Translations under genes and position numbers: made by a program
The notes under the pieces: model-generated
Database searches by the model: none
Told to the model about the DNA's origin: nothing
What the model saw: the letters and a program-made list of their open reading frames with translations, nothing else
Assembly: GCF_018350175.1 (NCBI RefSeq)
Contig: NC_058383.1
Span: forward strand, 434,001 to 498,000
Direction of reading: 5' to 3'
DNA length: 64,000 nucleotides
Origin: Felis catus
Lineage: Eukaryota
In this document: positions 25,701-38,190 of the stretch, piece by piece
Layout: each line of letters opens with the position of its first letter
Numbering within the stretch: position 1 is the stretch's first letter

Positions 25701-26429
25701 GGCAATAGCCCGGCACAGGTGCCGGATGGTCCTTCGCGGTGGGTAAGCCAGGTGCAACGTAGCCTCTCTGAGCGCTGGATCGCACGGGCCCTGAAGCCCA
25801 CATCAGCGCCCACGTCCCAGTCTCAAGAGCCCATACACGCCTTTATTACCTCAGGTAGTTTGAGTTGGGCTTTCTCCTAAATGTGAATCCTGGAGGTTGG
25901 AGCCAGTGGTCAGCCCTTCCCATCTGTCATGAAACGGGCTGACAAGGCGATCTCGGCCGCTCGCCACCCTTCCGCCCCCAGGGCCTAGCAGGGGCGACCC
26001 CTCGGGCTCTGCACTGCCTGGCTCCCTGCCTCCCCGCCCCCATCCTGGCACTGCACACTATCCCTCCTCAGCCTCTCCAGTTCTCCCCCCTTTACGTCCT
26101 TCCTGCCACTTGGCCTTGGCCTGGAGACTTCCTCTGCCCGAGACACCTGTCCCCACCCTCTTTTCCCCCTTCTCCCTGTGCCACGTGATGCACTTGGGGC
26201 CCTCCCACCTAACCCAAGACAGCGCATCTCAGATCAAAGCCCCATTGTCATATACTCACCTGTGACATTGCCAGTTTCCAATAATTAGGATGTGGATATC
26301 TGAGCAGTTTTTTGGGGGGGGAGGGGCACATTAGCCAGCCTACCCCCTACACATGTAAACCTAATTGTGTATGCGTGTACACACAGGTACATGACATGCA
26401 CACATGCTCACACATGGAAACAGACATGA

Positions 26430-26530
26430 TCCTCTTGCCGAGGTTCCCTCCAAGCAGAGCCTGAGACAAGGATTGGGGTGCAGGTGGTTTCTTTGGGAGG
26501 AGATCTCAGGCAGCAGGAGTGTGAGGGCAT
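26430..26530. mobile_element. Old ERVL/MaLR LTR fragment
   Basis: ggttccctccaagcagagcctgagacaaggatt..tgcaggtggtttctttgggaggagatctcagg. Confidence 0.55.
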
Positions 26531-29500
26531 CGCTGAGAACAGGAGCCTTTGCAAGAGGACACTCCCTTGGCCCCCGGCCTGCCTGCACTGGACCCCTCTG
26601 AGAGACCACAAGGCTGGAGTACTGATCATATTTATGACGCAGCCAGTTGGGGGTCACTCCTGATGCATTACTGGGCCAGCACTTCTGGGGTCCACAGACA
26701 GAGCCTTGATGCAAGTACACTGGGGCAGGGGCCTCAGAGCCAGACATGCCCGCAACTCACATGTGGCAAATGTCCTCGGCTGGCCATGTGCTTGAGCCCC
26801 CATGGCACCCCATGTCAGGAATTTGTCCCAGAGCAGGACACATCAGCACATCCCCAGGGTGGGGGGCTTGTGGGAGCAGACACAGACTGGGAACGCACTA
26901 CTGTGAAACGGGGCGGATGGCCTTGAGTTTCTCCCAGAATTCCTGTCTATCCATTTAGCAACAAACACCGAACAGAGGGGAAGAAATGGGAAGTAGCTGG
27001 AAATGCTGAAATGAGATGCTTTTTTCCTCAAAAAATGACAAAAACTGTATCATAGATAAGCCCATTTTCCGGGAAATGTTGTCTCAGGCTGTGTGTATTA
27101 AAGGCGTGAGAATGAGTGCAAATTAAGTACTCAGGTGCAGCTGGCCGCTGGAGCTGATGGGCGCAGGGCACTGGCCAGGGCCTGGCTGGGGCTTTCAGGG
27201 TGGCTGTGCTCTGGGCACAGGCCGGGGAGACACGGTAACCCCTAGGCAGCCGGCAGACCGGGAGCCAGCCAGAGCCCTTCCTGGACAGACCGAGGGCCCC
27301 CAGCATCGCGTTCTCCCACAGGGATGTCGAAGCGAGCCGGTCCGCATGAGCCACGCCTCCACGAGCACCTAGGTGGGCAATGACATTGGTGATGTCAGCC
27401 CTCATGCAGCCCGAGAGGACTTCCGACTCCTTCCACAGAGGAGCAGACTGGGGCCCGGGAAGATAGCTGAGTCTCCCCGAGCTACAGAGCTGAGATAGGA
27501 GACACGGGTCTGCCCCACTCACCGCACACCTTCCCAGGTCTTGGGGGCACAGGGCTCAGTACAGACCCAGCTGGATCCCCACTGCCTGGGTGGCGAGGGA
27601 GACACAAAGGCCACCTCTGCAGAGCATACTGGCTGTCTGGCATCCTAAGGACACGGGCGTGGGGTGGCGTCCCCCTGGCGTCCTCTGGGCTCTCCTGGCT
27701 GGGGCTGGGCACACCTGGGTTCCATGTTGCTGGTTGCCTGTGTGTGGCCCAGGGCAGGCCTCCCCCCGCCCTCCTGCAGAAGAGGCTGTCTGGTGGCCAA
27801 GAGGGCTTACCTGGGAGCTGTGTCCTGTAAGGCGAGTGGCACTGCAGCAGGTGCAAAGTGCTCCGTGATGACCCTTATCAGTGTCACTGCCGCCACCATA
27901 AAGCTCCAAGCCCTCAGGTGCCCGACCTGCCATCTCAGTGACCTCCGGAGCCCAGTTCTGCACATCTTTAGGACAGCCTGAGCTTCTGGTGGAATCCCCT
28001 CCTCAAGGACAGACCGAACCCTCTGACCCTTTGCTGTTCACAGCCTGCACGCCTGAGGGCAGAGGTCACCCTGCTCTGCTCCCGGGTCGTCCCAGCAAAC
28101 AGTGCAGTGCTCAGAGAGCATTTCTCGGCCGCTCAGATGACCAGCAGGTGCTCATTCCTCCCAGCTCCTCACCAACCCTTCGAGGCCCCTCCATCCTCAA
28201 TGCTCTGAGCTGGAGGGAGAGGTCGTGTCTGTGCTGCCCGCCCAGGGAGCCCCCACCCCCCAGGAGCCTGGCCGTGGCCCCCAGTCGCCTCCAGCTAAGT
28301 CTCAACGTCCTCCCCCGGCAGAGGCTTAGACCCCCACGCCGGCCTTGGTTTGGGGCTCCTCACATCAGAGCCCACAAGAAGGCTGAGGCAGGGGGCGCCC
28401 GGTGTGGGCGTGGGGCAGGGAGACGGTCACTGGATGGTCCACCCGTGTGCAGATTCTGGCTGCAGAAGCTGGGGGCCCCCCTTCATGGTGACCCGAGGAC
28501 CTAGGACACGTCCCTCAGCGCGGTCCTCAGAAGGGTGGAGGTGGGGACCCGGGTCCGGGCTCCGATCTGCTGATGACTGCAAGGCTGCCCTGAGGGACGA
28601 GGGCGCACTTTTGTGGTGCCAGAGCCACCCCCGTGCGGAGGAGCCAGGAGGAGGAGCTGCCCGGCCGGTGGGCGGCGGGGCCTGGGGCGGGACCCCACGC
28701 AGGACCGTGCCCTTCCCGCCCGCAGGACCACGAGAAGTGGACCTCCACGGTGTGAAGGCCCCCTGGCCTGCGGTGCTCTGACAGCCACCGAGGACGTCAG
28801 GCTGAGGTGCCGGGTGGACGTGCGCTTCCTGTGAAGGGTCCGGGGAAGACAGCACTGACCCGCTGAAGCCCCGCTGAAGCCCCGCGGCCCCGGAGGACAA
28901 GCCCTGCAGCCTCGTGGCAGAGGCCCACTTGACCCGAGACCCCAGCTCGCCGGCTCTCGAGGGTCCCTGCCCTGTGCCCTTCCCACCAGAGGGGAGACAG
29001 TCGTCCCCCCCACTCGGGCTCTTTGGAGAACTAAACGTCCTTAACTTGAAGGCCGTGTCTTCAGAGGCGGCTTCTCCGCCCTCGTCCTCTTCAGCCTGGC
29101 ACTCAGCCTGGGGCCCCCAAAGCAGTGGCATCACCAGCACAGGAGGCTGGGGACGCCCCAGACCTCCCGAATCAGAAGCTGTGTCCAAACAAGACCCCCG
29201 GGGGCCTGCGCACGTGTCAAGGTCGAGAATCGCTGGCCGGTGGCCAAATGGACAACCTGTCCCAGACTGTGGTCACCTGTCCACGGCGGGGGCAGCCACG
29301 AGTAAGCAGCCACTCCCACCCACGGAGCCACACCAGGCGTGTCCTCGGGCCCAAGGTCTTAGCGCAGCCCGAGGCTCCAGAAATCCCGGGGTCTGCGCTC
29401 TCTCACTCCGGTGACCTCCCAGCCTCTTTGACCATCACACGCGTTTGCCTAGGAACCTGTCGCTCCTGGCAGAAGGCGGGCCCGCGGGGGCCGGTGCACT

Positions 29501-30633
29501 GACCGCGTCCCACGCGGAACGCGGGAAGGGCGACTGTGCTGCCTCCGAGGCCCCTGCAGCTGCCCTGGGCCCCTCTTCTGGCGCTCTGCACCCGTCCCCC
29601 GCCTGCCCCCCCTCGACCCGAGGGGAAAGCGAGCCTGTCCCCGGCCCCAGCTGTGGAGCGGCTGAGCTCACGGGGGAACCGGGCTGCGGCCTGAATGCGG
29701 CCCTTGTCTCCGGGCTCTTGTCAACAGCCTCCATAACCGCCCAGCGTCCTATTGACTCAAGATAAGTTCCGGGAGGCCCAGAGCAGCTCTGTCTGGCCCC
29801 GCGTCCGCCGGCCAAGGCCGGGCCGGGCCAGCTGGGCTGGGCAGGGCCTGCAGGCCGGGACCCAGCTCAGCACACACCCTGCCCAGCCACGTGCTTCGTC
29901 CTCACCCCGGGGCCCTCCCCGGGAGCCCTGCGGGCGGCCGCACTATCAGCTCCACTTGGCGTTGGCAGGAAGGACTGTCACGTGTCCCCACAGCTCTGCC
30001 CACAAACAGGTGCTGGAGGTGACATCATCGCTCACGGCAGGGATCACTGAGGCCTCCCGACTTCTATCAATATTTACGTTTCCAGCTCCGCGGAGGATCT
30101 AATCAGACTTCCGATGACACCTGCCGTGTTTCTGGCCCACTGTGTTCCTGGCTGGAGGGCCGCAGTAGGGCCCGGTCTGGGCTGGTTTGAGAGCTTATCC
30201 TCCTCGTCAGGGCCTGGGCAGCCGATGGGCGGGGCCTCTGGGCCACCAAGCGAGGGGACAGAGCTGGGTTAGGGGACGAGGCACGGGAGTGGTGCTCCTG
30301 GCTGCTGTCCGCTCCAGGCCCCAGGCCCCGGGGGGGAACAGAGGGCCTGTCCCCTCCATCGGGGTCCTCAGGCCGCAGCCCATCTCCCCAGACCTCTGCA
30401 TTCATGCCAGATGAGCAGGCCCTACACTCAGAGGGTCATCTGAGAAAGAAAGGGGGCGGAGAAGGTCTTTCCAGAAAATTCTTTTGGGAAAAAGCCACTC
30501 TGCAGAGGGCAAGTATGGTACAAGGCGGCCGGGACCACGAGGCCTGGGCTGTGCTGCGGGGATGTGACAAGGCTCCTGCCTGCCTGCCTGCCCACCACCA
30601 CTCCTGTACCTGGTTGGCTGCAGGCTCACTTAC

Positions 30634-30657
30634 CTCTCTGCTCTGGGCACCTGCACC
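30634..30657 (-). other. Candidate 24-nt microexon (unverified)
   Basis: Minus strand ctctgttgctgctttgttttaag|GGTGCAGGTGCCCAGAGCAGAGAG|gtaagt. Confidence 0.2.
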
Positions 30658-31825
30658 CTTAAAACAAAGCAGCAACAGAGGCACCTGCGAAACTGCCCTG
30701 GCGGCTTCTGGACGCAGACCCTCACACCCTCTGCTGCTTGGGGTCTGGGGAGAAGTAAGTCCCCTCTATGTGCTGTGACCCCCCCCCCAACCTGTCCCAG
30801 GGGGCCCCAGAGCCTCCGAGAGACTTCCCAGCAGCGTCTGGGGTTTTATTGACACTCCAGAGCAGGAGATAAACCCCACCTAATGTCAGAACAAATACTA
30901 GGCTGAAACCGGAGAGGCCCGGGAGAGATAAGGCAGGCATCCGCCCGGGGCTGTGAAGTGAGCAGGGGAGGGGGAGGCTGTGCCCCTAGCCACCCCCACC
31001 CCCACCCCCACCCCCATTCCCGGTGGGTCCAGGGCGAGGCCTGGCTCCAGGGGCCCAGACAGACCCGCCCCTGCCCTTCTCATACTCGGGTCTGGCAAGG
31101 GGCACGCTTCCCAGGTGACCACACAGCTGATGCACAGTGACGGGCGGTGGGCCCTCACCCGTTGGTGGCAGAGCTCTGGGTCTCTCGTGGGCGAGGGGCA
31201 AATGGAGACAGGTCAACCTGCCTCCGATTCCACACTCAGGAAACTGGACGGGGGTCGGGAGGGGCCCCACCCCACATGCCCCAGTGCTATCTCATAACGT
31301 TCATGGAGTATCTGGACAGGGGAGGAAGACGTTGCCTCCAAAACCCCATCCCCCTGGGGTGAAGCCGACAGAGCTGGGCCCGCGGAAGGGCATCTTGCAG
31401 AATCCCAGGAGTTGTGCACCTTGGGTCGCCCCGGGGCCCCTGGCAGAGCGCCCCCCCTGAGCCCGAGGTGCCACGGCAGGTGCGAGGCAGAGCTGGGTGA
31501 AGCCTGCCAGGTTCCACGGGCAGATCTGGGGTCCAGTCCCTCCATCTCCAGTCTGGGCCCAAAGAAGCCAGGCGGTCAGAGAGGAACAGGCTAGGGTCCT
31601 TCCCTGGGAGAGCAGGGGGAGGGCCCAAGGTTGTCCAGGAGGTGGGAGAGGCCCCAGTGGAGGGATGGGGACCGACAGGGGACCTCCTCCAACAAGGCTG
31701 GGAGTCTGCAACCCAGAGGCCCCGAGGGCAGGGGCAGGGAGCCCTGGGGGCAGCCGACAGGGGGCCTGGGCCAGACCGACCCCACTGGGCTCCATCATTT
31801 CTCTACTGTATGTCAACTGAATTAC

Positions 31826-31868
31826 TTTATTATAATATAATATAATATAATATGATAATTATATTTAT
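31826..31868. repeat. (TATAA)n AT-rich microsatellite abutting a short L1 ORF2 fragment
   Basis: tataatataatataatataatatg followed by ttagatgaaatggacaaattccta. Confidence 0.85.
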
Positions 31869-32104
31869 GTCAACCAAGTGGTAATTTTAGATGAAATGGA
31901 CAAATTCCTAGGGTGAAATGGCTCACCAGGCTGGCGCGGAGAAAGTTTGGGGAATGTTGATAAGGATTTGAACTCCCGTTCAGTCCCAGACAAGCCCTGA
32001 AGCCGGAGAGCAGGTCCCTCTGACCCCAGAGGCTTGACTTTTCCCCTAAAAAAGAGACGTGTTCTAGCGAAGGAGGGAGAACTTAGCAGGCCCTGGACAG
32101 GGCC

Positions 32105-32270
32105 TGTACGTGTGTTGCGTACGTGTGCATGGATGTGCATGTAAACGTGTGTGCACGTGTGTGCATGCGTGTGTATGTGCCTGTGCAAGTGTGTGGAAAC
32201 ACGTGTGTGTGCGTGTGCACGTGTGAGAGCATTGTGTGAGCCTGTGTGTGCGGGCACATGGGTGTGCACG
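32105..32270. repeat. Degenerate (GT/GC)n purine-pyrimidine tract
   Basis: gtgtgcacgtgtgtgcatgcgtgtgtatgtgc. Similar tracts at ~6770-6935 and ~25258-25386. Confidence 0.8.
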
Positions 32271-32823
32271 CAGAGGGAAGATGTGTGGGCCTCAGTGATA
32301 TTTAAATATAAAAACGGTTACTATAACCTTGCCTTCATTGATTAATGTTCAACCAGAAAGTAGTTTCCAGAGCAAACTCTATTAATCTCACATAATTAAT
32401 CCTGGCTCAGTTGTCCAACCCTGATACCAGTTTTCAATTCACTGTCTTTCATTTCACTGAAATTATATTCATAACAATCATTTCTCTTCCAGTTCAGTTT
32501 CGCAGTAAAACGATGATTTACTCACTGTTATTTGTTCACACCCACTTTTGTCCTCATGGTACCTCGTACTGGGTCTTTGGGGGCAGGAGACAGACCCCGT
32601 GTAAGTCTCCCCAGGGGACCAAGCGCTACATCGCCCCTTCTCACCCACTCCCCCACCTTTGCAGACACAACGTCCACTTGTCCTGGGTCGAAGTTTGCAC
32701 CAAAAGCAAAATGTACCACGGAGATTTCTACTGTTCTTGCTTTTTAAAAGATGATACGAAGGAGTGGTCATTTCTGGGTTTTTTTTTTCCCCTTGCTGTC
32801 TGGTCTTGTTTTTGTTTTTACAG

Positions 32824-32862
32824 CCAACCCAGGAGAAAGTTGTGACCAGTGAGCAGTGCTAT
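32824..32862 (+). other. Candidate 39-nt exon (PTQEKVVTSEQCY if coding; unverified)
   Basis: Long T-rich tract ending ttgtttttacag, 39 nt, then |gtgagt and downstream G-runs. Only phase 0 is stop-free. Confidence 0.3.
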
Positions 32863-35197
32863 GTGAGTGGGGACAGGGGTGCAGGGGAGAGGGGGGCAGG
32901 GAGGGGTGGGGGCACAGACGTCACTGAAGGGGAGACAGACATGGGGCCTCCCACTCCCACGGTGGGTCTGCAAGTTTTCTGTGTCAAATGCCAACGTCAC
33001 CGTTGGCCGCCGTGCTGCCTGGAGACGACCTCATGGAACCAGAGGGTTTGGGGTGCAGGACCCCGACACCAGGGTAAGTCACTCGTGCCCACTAGCTGCC
33101 CTGCGCCCAGAGCCCCACAGGGGCTTATAGAGGGGTGGCGGCGGCTCAGACCCCTTCAGCCTCTGCCCTCTGCGTTGTCCGGAGCGAATCCTGCCTGTTC
33201 TGCGCCCAGGCCCCTCCAACGTTGGGGCACCACACGTCCTCAGGCATCAGATGCAGAAATGTTTGGAAATTGCAAACCCAAGTTTTCACTGTTACGTCCC
33301 CTGCGGGACTCAGCCAAGAACAGAGCTTTAGTGGAAGGTCTCGAGGAGGGCCCTCCGTGGCTTCTCCGAGACCATCGGACCACGTGGCCTGGGAGCCACG
33401 GACATCTCGTCCCCCCTCCTTCCTGCACCTGGCTAGGCAGGGGCTGCTGATTCCTCCTGGGCCCGTGGCTCCTCGGGATGACCTGGGGGTCCCAGATGGG
33501 GAGCTAATGCCACCCCATGTCTACCACCTCCAAGAGCTCTGGTCACGGTCCGAGCCAGCCCCACGTAGGAGGGGGCAGGACGGAGACCCTCGGAGGCCTC
33601 CAGCCTTGGGCGCCTGGCAAAGCACCTCTGTGCCGTCAGCACTCTGTGCGCCTGTTTTAACTTAACCTGAATTAATTACAGGAGGGAAGGCTCCCTCTCA
33701 ACCTCTCTCCCCTTATTTGCTTGCAAACAGCTCAGCAGCCTGTGGTGAGAGCCCTCAAAGGTCCCTGGAAGGGGGCTGAGGGGTGGGGAGCTGGCCTGCT
33801 CGTCCTCGGAGAGCTGGGTCTGCTCCTGGCACCCACCCGGTCCTGGCGGGCGGGCCTCCCTCCGCTGTGCCAACTTCCAAGTCCTCTCCTGGGTGCAGCA
33901 ACTCAGGTCGTTGAACCAATCGGCAAAGGATCAAAGAACCAGCGTCCGGGGGGACCCCCAACTACCCCTGCGGTGCGGGGTGAGGGAGTGCCCTTTAGAC
34001 CCCTAGGCTGTGGACTTGGCCCTGAGCTGGTCCCTGAGATGATGGGTGGGCTGCAGGCACAGCGGGATGGAAGGGCTTGGAGCACAGCCCCAGGACAGAA
34101 GGGTCCCAGGGTTGGGGGCACTTGCTTCTGAGGCCACGCAGGGTCAGGGTCCCCAGGACTAAAGGAAAGTAGAGAAGGAAGTAGCTCAGGGAGGTCATTC
34201 CTCTGCCCTCTGTTCTTCGCCCTTTGCCCTCTGCCCCGTACCCTCTGTTCTCTGCTTCCTGTTCTCTGTTCTTTGTGCCGCTGCTGGTCGTGGCCCTGTT
34301 TCCAAGGAATCTGGGAGAGTCTGAATTGCACAAAGACAAACAGGGACAGAGGAGGGAGCCAGGGGGCATCTGGCTGATGGTCCAGATGCTCATGATTCAG
34401 GACTGCAGGCCCAGCGCCCACAGGGAAAGCCCTCAGGACAAGCAGCAGACACTGACAAGCTCCCGGACATTCTTCCCAGGCCGATACAAGTTGCCAGGGA
34501 ACAGATGCCAGGAGGGAGTGTAATGTGCATTCGGTCACCACAGGATGTACTTCTCTGATGTGCCCGAGACTGGCACAGTGCCTCGGGCTCACCAGACCCC
34601 TGCGGGCCCACAGAAGGGTGACTGGGGGCATGCGGGGCAGCCTGGGTACTGGGGACGAAGGCCTGGGGGGGGGGTCCCTGCCCTTTCACTTGAGCAGGAT
34701 GGCTTCCTGCGAGTCCCACGTCATCTTGGCTGGGCGGTGGAGGCCACACAGCACCCATCTCAGTGGCTCACAGGAGATGGCCCAGGTAAGATCATTGGTT
34801 TGCACACGGTACATACCTGATAAATGGACGTCTTGATTGGGGTTTCCATGTTTAGAAAGCATGACCACATATTGCGCATATGCCTCTGGGTGTGCAGGGA
34901 AGTCTGGCCGAAAAGTCTTGAGCTCTCCCCACTTGTCTCTGGAGAAGAGCTGGTTCTGCAGGTCTGTAAGATGCTCCAGAAAGAGAGGCACTGCTCCGCC
35001 TGGCACAGCCACCACCTGCTCCCCTTCAGGGTTGTCCTGGGCCCTTGGGCACCAGCTGTTCTGAGCCTCACTTTGCAGCTCTGTTCTGGAGACCAAGGCA
35101 AAGCCACGTGGGTCTCAGACCCCTCATGGCTCCTGAGGCTTCTTCTGTAGTTCAGGTCCTCTCCATGGTGGTGATCAGACCTGGACCCTGGTCACTG

Positions 35198-36233
35198 CCA
35201 TCATCATCACCATCATCATCACCATCACCATCATCCCCATTTCACCAGCACCATCACCATTACCACCATCACCATCAGCATCACCATCATCACCACCAAC
35301 ATCATCACCACCAACATCATCACCATCACCATCATCACCATCACCATCATCACCATTTCACCAGCACCATCACCATTACCACCATCACCATCATCACCAC
35401 CAACATCATCACCACCAACATCATCACCATCACCATCATCACCATCACCATCACCATCATCACCATTTCACCAGCACCATCACCATTACCACCATCACCA
35501 TCATCACCACCAACATCATCACCACCAACATCACCATCACCATCATCACCATCACCATCATCACCATCACCATCAACATCACCATCAACATCACCATCAT
35601 CACCGTCATCATCACCATGATCATCACCATCACCATCATCACCATTTCACCAGCACCATCACCACCATCACCATCAGCATCACCATCATCATCACCACCA
35701 CCATCATCACCACCAACATCATCACCATCACCATTTCACCAGCACCATCATCACCATCACCATCATCACCATTTCACCAGCACCATCACCATTACCACCA
35801 TCACCATCATCACCACCAACATCATCACCACCAACATCACCATCACCATCATCACCACCAACATCATCACCATCATCATCACCATCAACATCACCGTCAT
35901 CACCACCACCATCATCACCATCACCATCATCACCATCATCACCACCAACATCATCACCACCAACATCATCACAACTAACATCACCATCACCATCATCACC
36001 ATCACCATTATCACCATCAACATCACCATCATCACCATCACCATTATCACCATCAACATCACCATCATCACCGTCATCATCACCATCACCATCATCACCA
36101 TTTCACCAGCACCATCACCACCATCACAATCAGCATCCCCATCATCACCACCACCATCATCACCACCAACATCATCACCATCAACATCACCATCATCACC
36201 ATCACCATTTCACCAGCACCATCATCATTACCA
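35198..36233. repeat. ~1.0 kb (CAT/CAC)n trinucleotide array with higher-order structure
   Basis: Continuous cat/cac/caa triplets. The punctuation catttcaccagcaccatca recurs about 8 times. Confidence 0.98.
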
Positions 36234-37289
36234 TGATGGGGGTCGCTGACCAGAGCAGCTCCCAAGCACTGGCTCGACAACACTTCTGGCCTATCCCGAT
36301 CCTTGGCCAGGTGGCTAGGGAAGCCAGGCATGGCCTTCAGTGCATCCTGGAGGCTTGCCCACATAGATGGAGGCTGGAGTGGGCCAGCGGCTGTGAGCAC
36401 TGAGCCCCCTCCCAGAGGTGCGGTCTGGCTGGTGTTTGTCTTTGACCCCAGAAGGCTGAGGGAAGACAGGTGCACGGGCACCTAGAGAGGCTGACAGGGG
36501 CCACCTTTGTTCTGCACCTCCTGAGGGAGAGGGGAGAGGCCCATGGCCCTGCTCGGGACCTGCAACTTTGCGGAAAACCAAACAGTCTAACCGGCAGGTG
36601 GAGGACATTCTTCCAAATACAATTCCATCCCTTTCTAACCACTGATGCCCCTGGCTTGGCCAGAAGTTCAGGTCAGGTGCTGTTTACGCCCCGGCTTGTC
36701 CCGCGTGGGCCCCACCTGCCTGGACCCCAGCTGCCCTGGGTTTTGGAGGGCTTCTCCAGCCAATCACGTGCCCATTGCCACAGCTCCAGGGACATCCCGT
36801 GCAGAGCAGTCCCCCCACCCCCATCGGAAAGTGTCAACAACCCAGCCCCGCTCCAGGCAGAGCCATTTGAGAGACACCACTTCTCCTGCACTTTCCCCGG
36901 AGGGAAGGACGCTTGAGTCCCCTCCAGGCCCATTTACCTGCTTCTGGGAAGAAGGAGTGCCTTGGGAACAAAGGCCTTCCTGTGGGACCCCGAGACTGAA
37001 AGAAAGAAAACTTCACCAAGATGGTTGGGCAGGGTGCACCGGTAACTCCCTTTCTCCCTCTGCATAAAAACGTTCCTCAAGAAGGTTTTTGTGATAACAA
37101 GACCCCCAGGGGGCCCCCAATGATCCCAGCTGCCTGTCACTTGCCCCTGTATGTGGCCAGTCCCACCGTGAACGTGAGGAGGTGACAGGGTGTGACCCAC
37201 GGCAGGCCCGTTGATCTCTGTGGAAGCAGCTCTTCCGAGAGGACTAGCGTCCCAGCCCCACGACGGAGCCACCTGGGAAGGTCACGCTT

Positions 37290-37425
37290 CTTGAACACAA
37301 CCCAAGCCAGACAGCCCAGCATCAAATTCCTGACCCACAGAGGCCACGAGACAGGGATGTGGTCACTGTCCTCATAAGCCACCAAGTTTTGGGGTGACCT
37401 GTTACCTCTACACACAATCAACACA
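37290..37425 (+). mobile_element. MLT1 LTR 3' fragment
   Basis: caaattcctgacccacaga...taagccaccaagttttggggtgacctgttac. Confidence 0.65.
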
Positions 37426-37559
37426 CTTTCCAGCATTTCTGGAGCTTGCATTGTGGAACTTCGTCAGGGGCGGTGCAGGGACAATAAGGGGCCTCGAGGA
37501 CCAACCAGGACCCTGGTCTGAGAGCCCCTTCCTGTCACTCAGGCTGAGTAGCACCACAG

Positions 37560-37866
37560 ACCCTCACATTCTGGCAGCTGGACATTCCAGATCAAGATCC
37601 TGCGGGATGTTTCTGGTGAGGCCTCTCTTCCAGCCTGGCAGAGGCCACATCCCTGCGGTGGGCTCACGGCCTTCCCCGGGCACATGCGCGTGGAGAGAGA
37701 GCTCTCCCCCTCTTCCCATGAGGACACAGTCCTATGGCATCAGGGACCCGCCCATCTGACCCCATCTACCCTTAATTACCTCCTAAAGCCCCATCCCCAA
37801 ATGCAGTCACGCCGGGGGTATGGCTGCAGCCCATGAACCGGGGGACACATAATTCTGTCCATAGCA
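37560..37866 (-). mobile_element. MLT1A/B-like MaLR LTR
   Basis: ccagatcaagatcctg..ttctggtgaggcctctcttcc..ccttaattacctcctaaagcccca..aattctgtccatagca. Confidence 0.8.
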
Positions 37867-37960
37867 GGCTCTGAGAGGAGACAGGGTCCTTTCCTTCTGA
37901 ACCCTGCCCGTTGGGAGCCCATCTCCAGATGCCAGCCCTGGGCACCAAGAGGTCAGGCCC

Positions 37961-38190
37961 GGTGCGCCTGGGTGGCTCAGTTGGTTGAGCATCCGGCTTC
38001 GGCTCAGGTCATGATCTCACGGTTTGTGAGTTCGAGCCCCGCGTCGGGCTCTGTGCTGGCAGCTCGGAGCCTGGAGCCTGTTCGGATTCTGTGTCTCCCT
38101 CTCTCTCTCTCTGCTCCTCCCCGCTCATGCTCTGTGTCTCTCTCGCGCTCTCAAAAATAAATATTTTTAAAAATTAAAAAAAAAAAAAAA
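37961..38190 (+). mobile_element. Can-SINE SINEC_Fc2-like
   Basis: Full length with long A tail. TSD aagaggtcaggccc(gg) starting at 37947 and 38189. Confidence 0.97.

Noticed and set aside
35045..36481. Poly-His, Ile/Thr and Met/Val ORFs
   Set aside because: Translation of a CAT/CAC simple repeat, with no splice or domain context.
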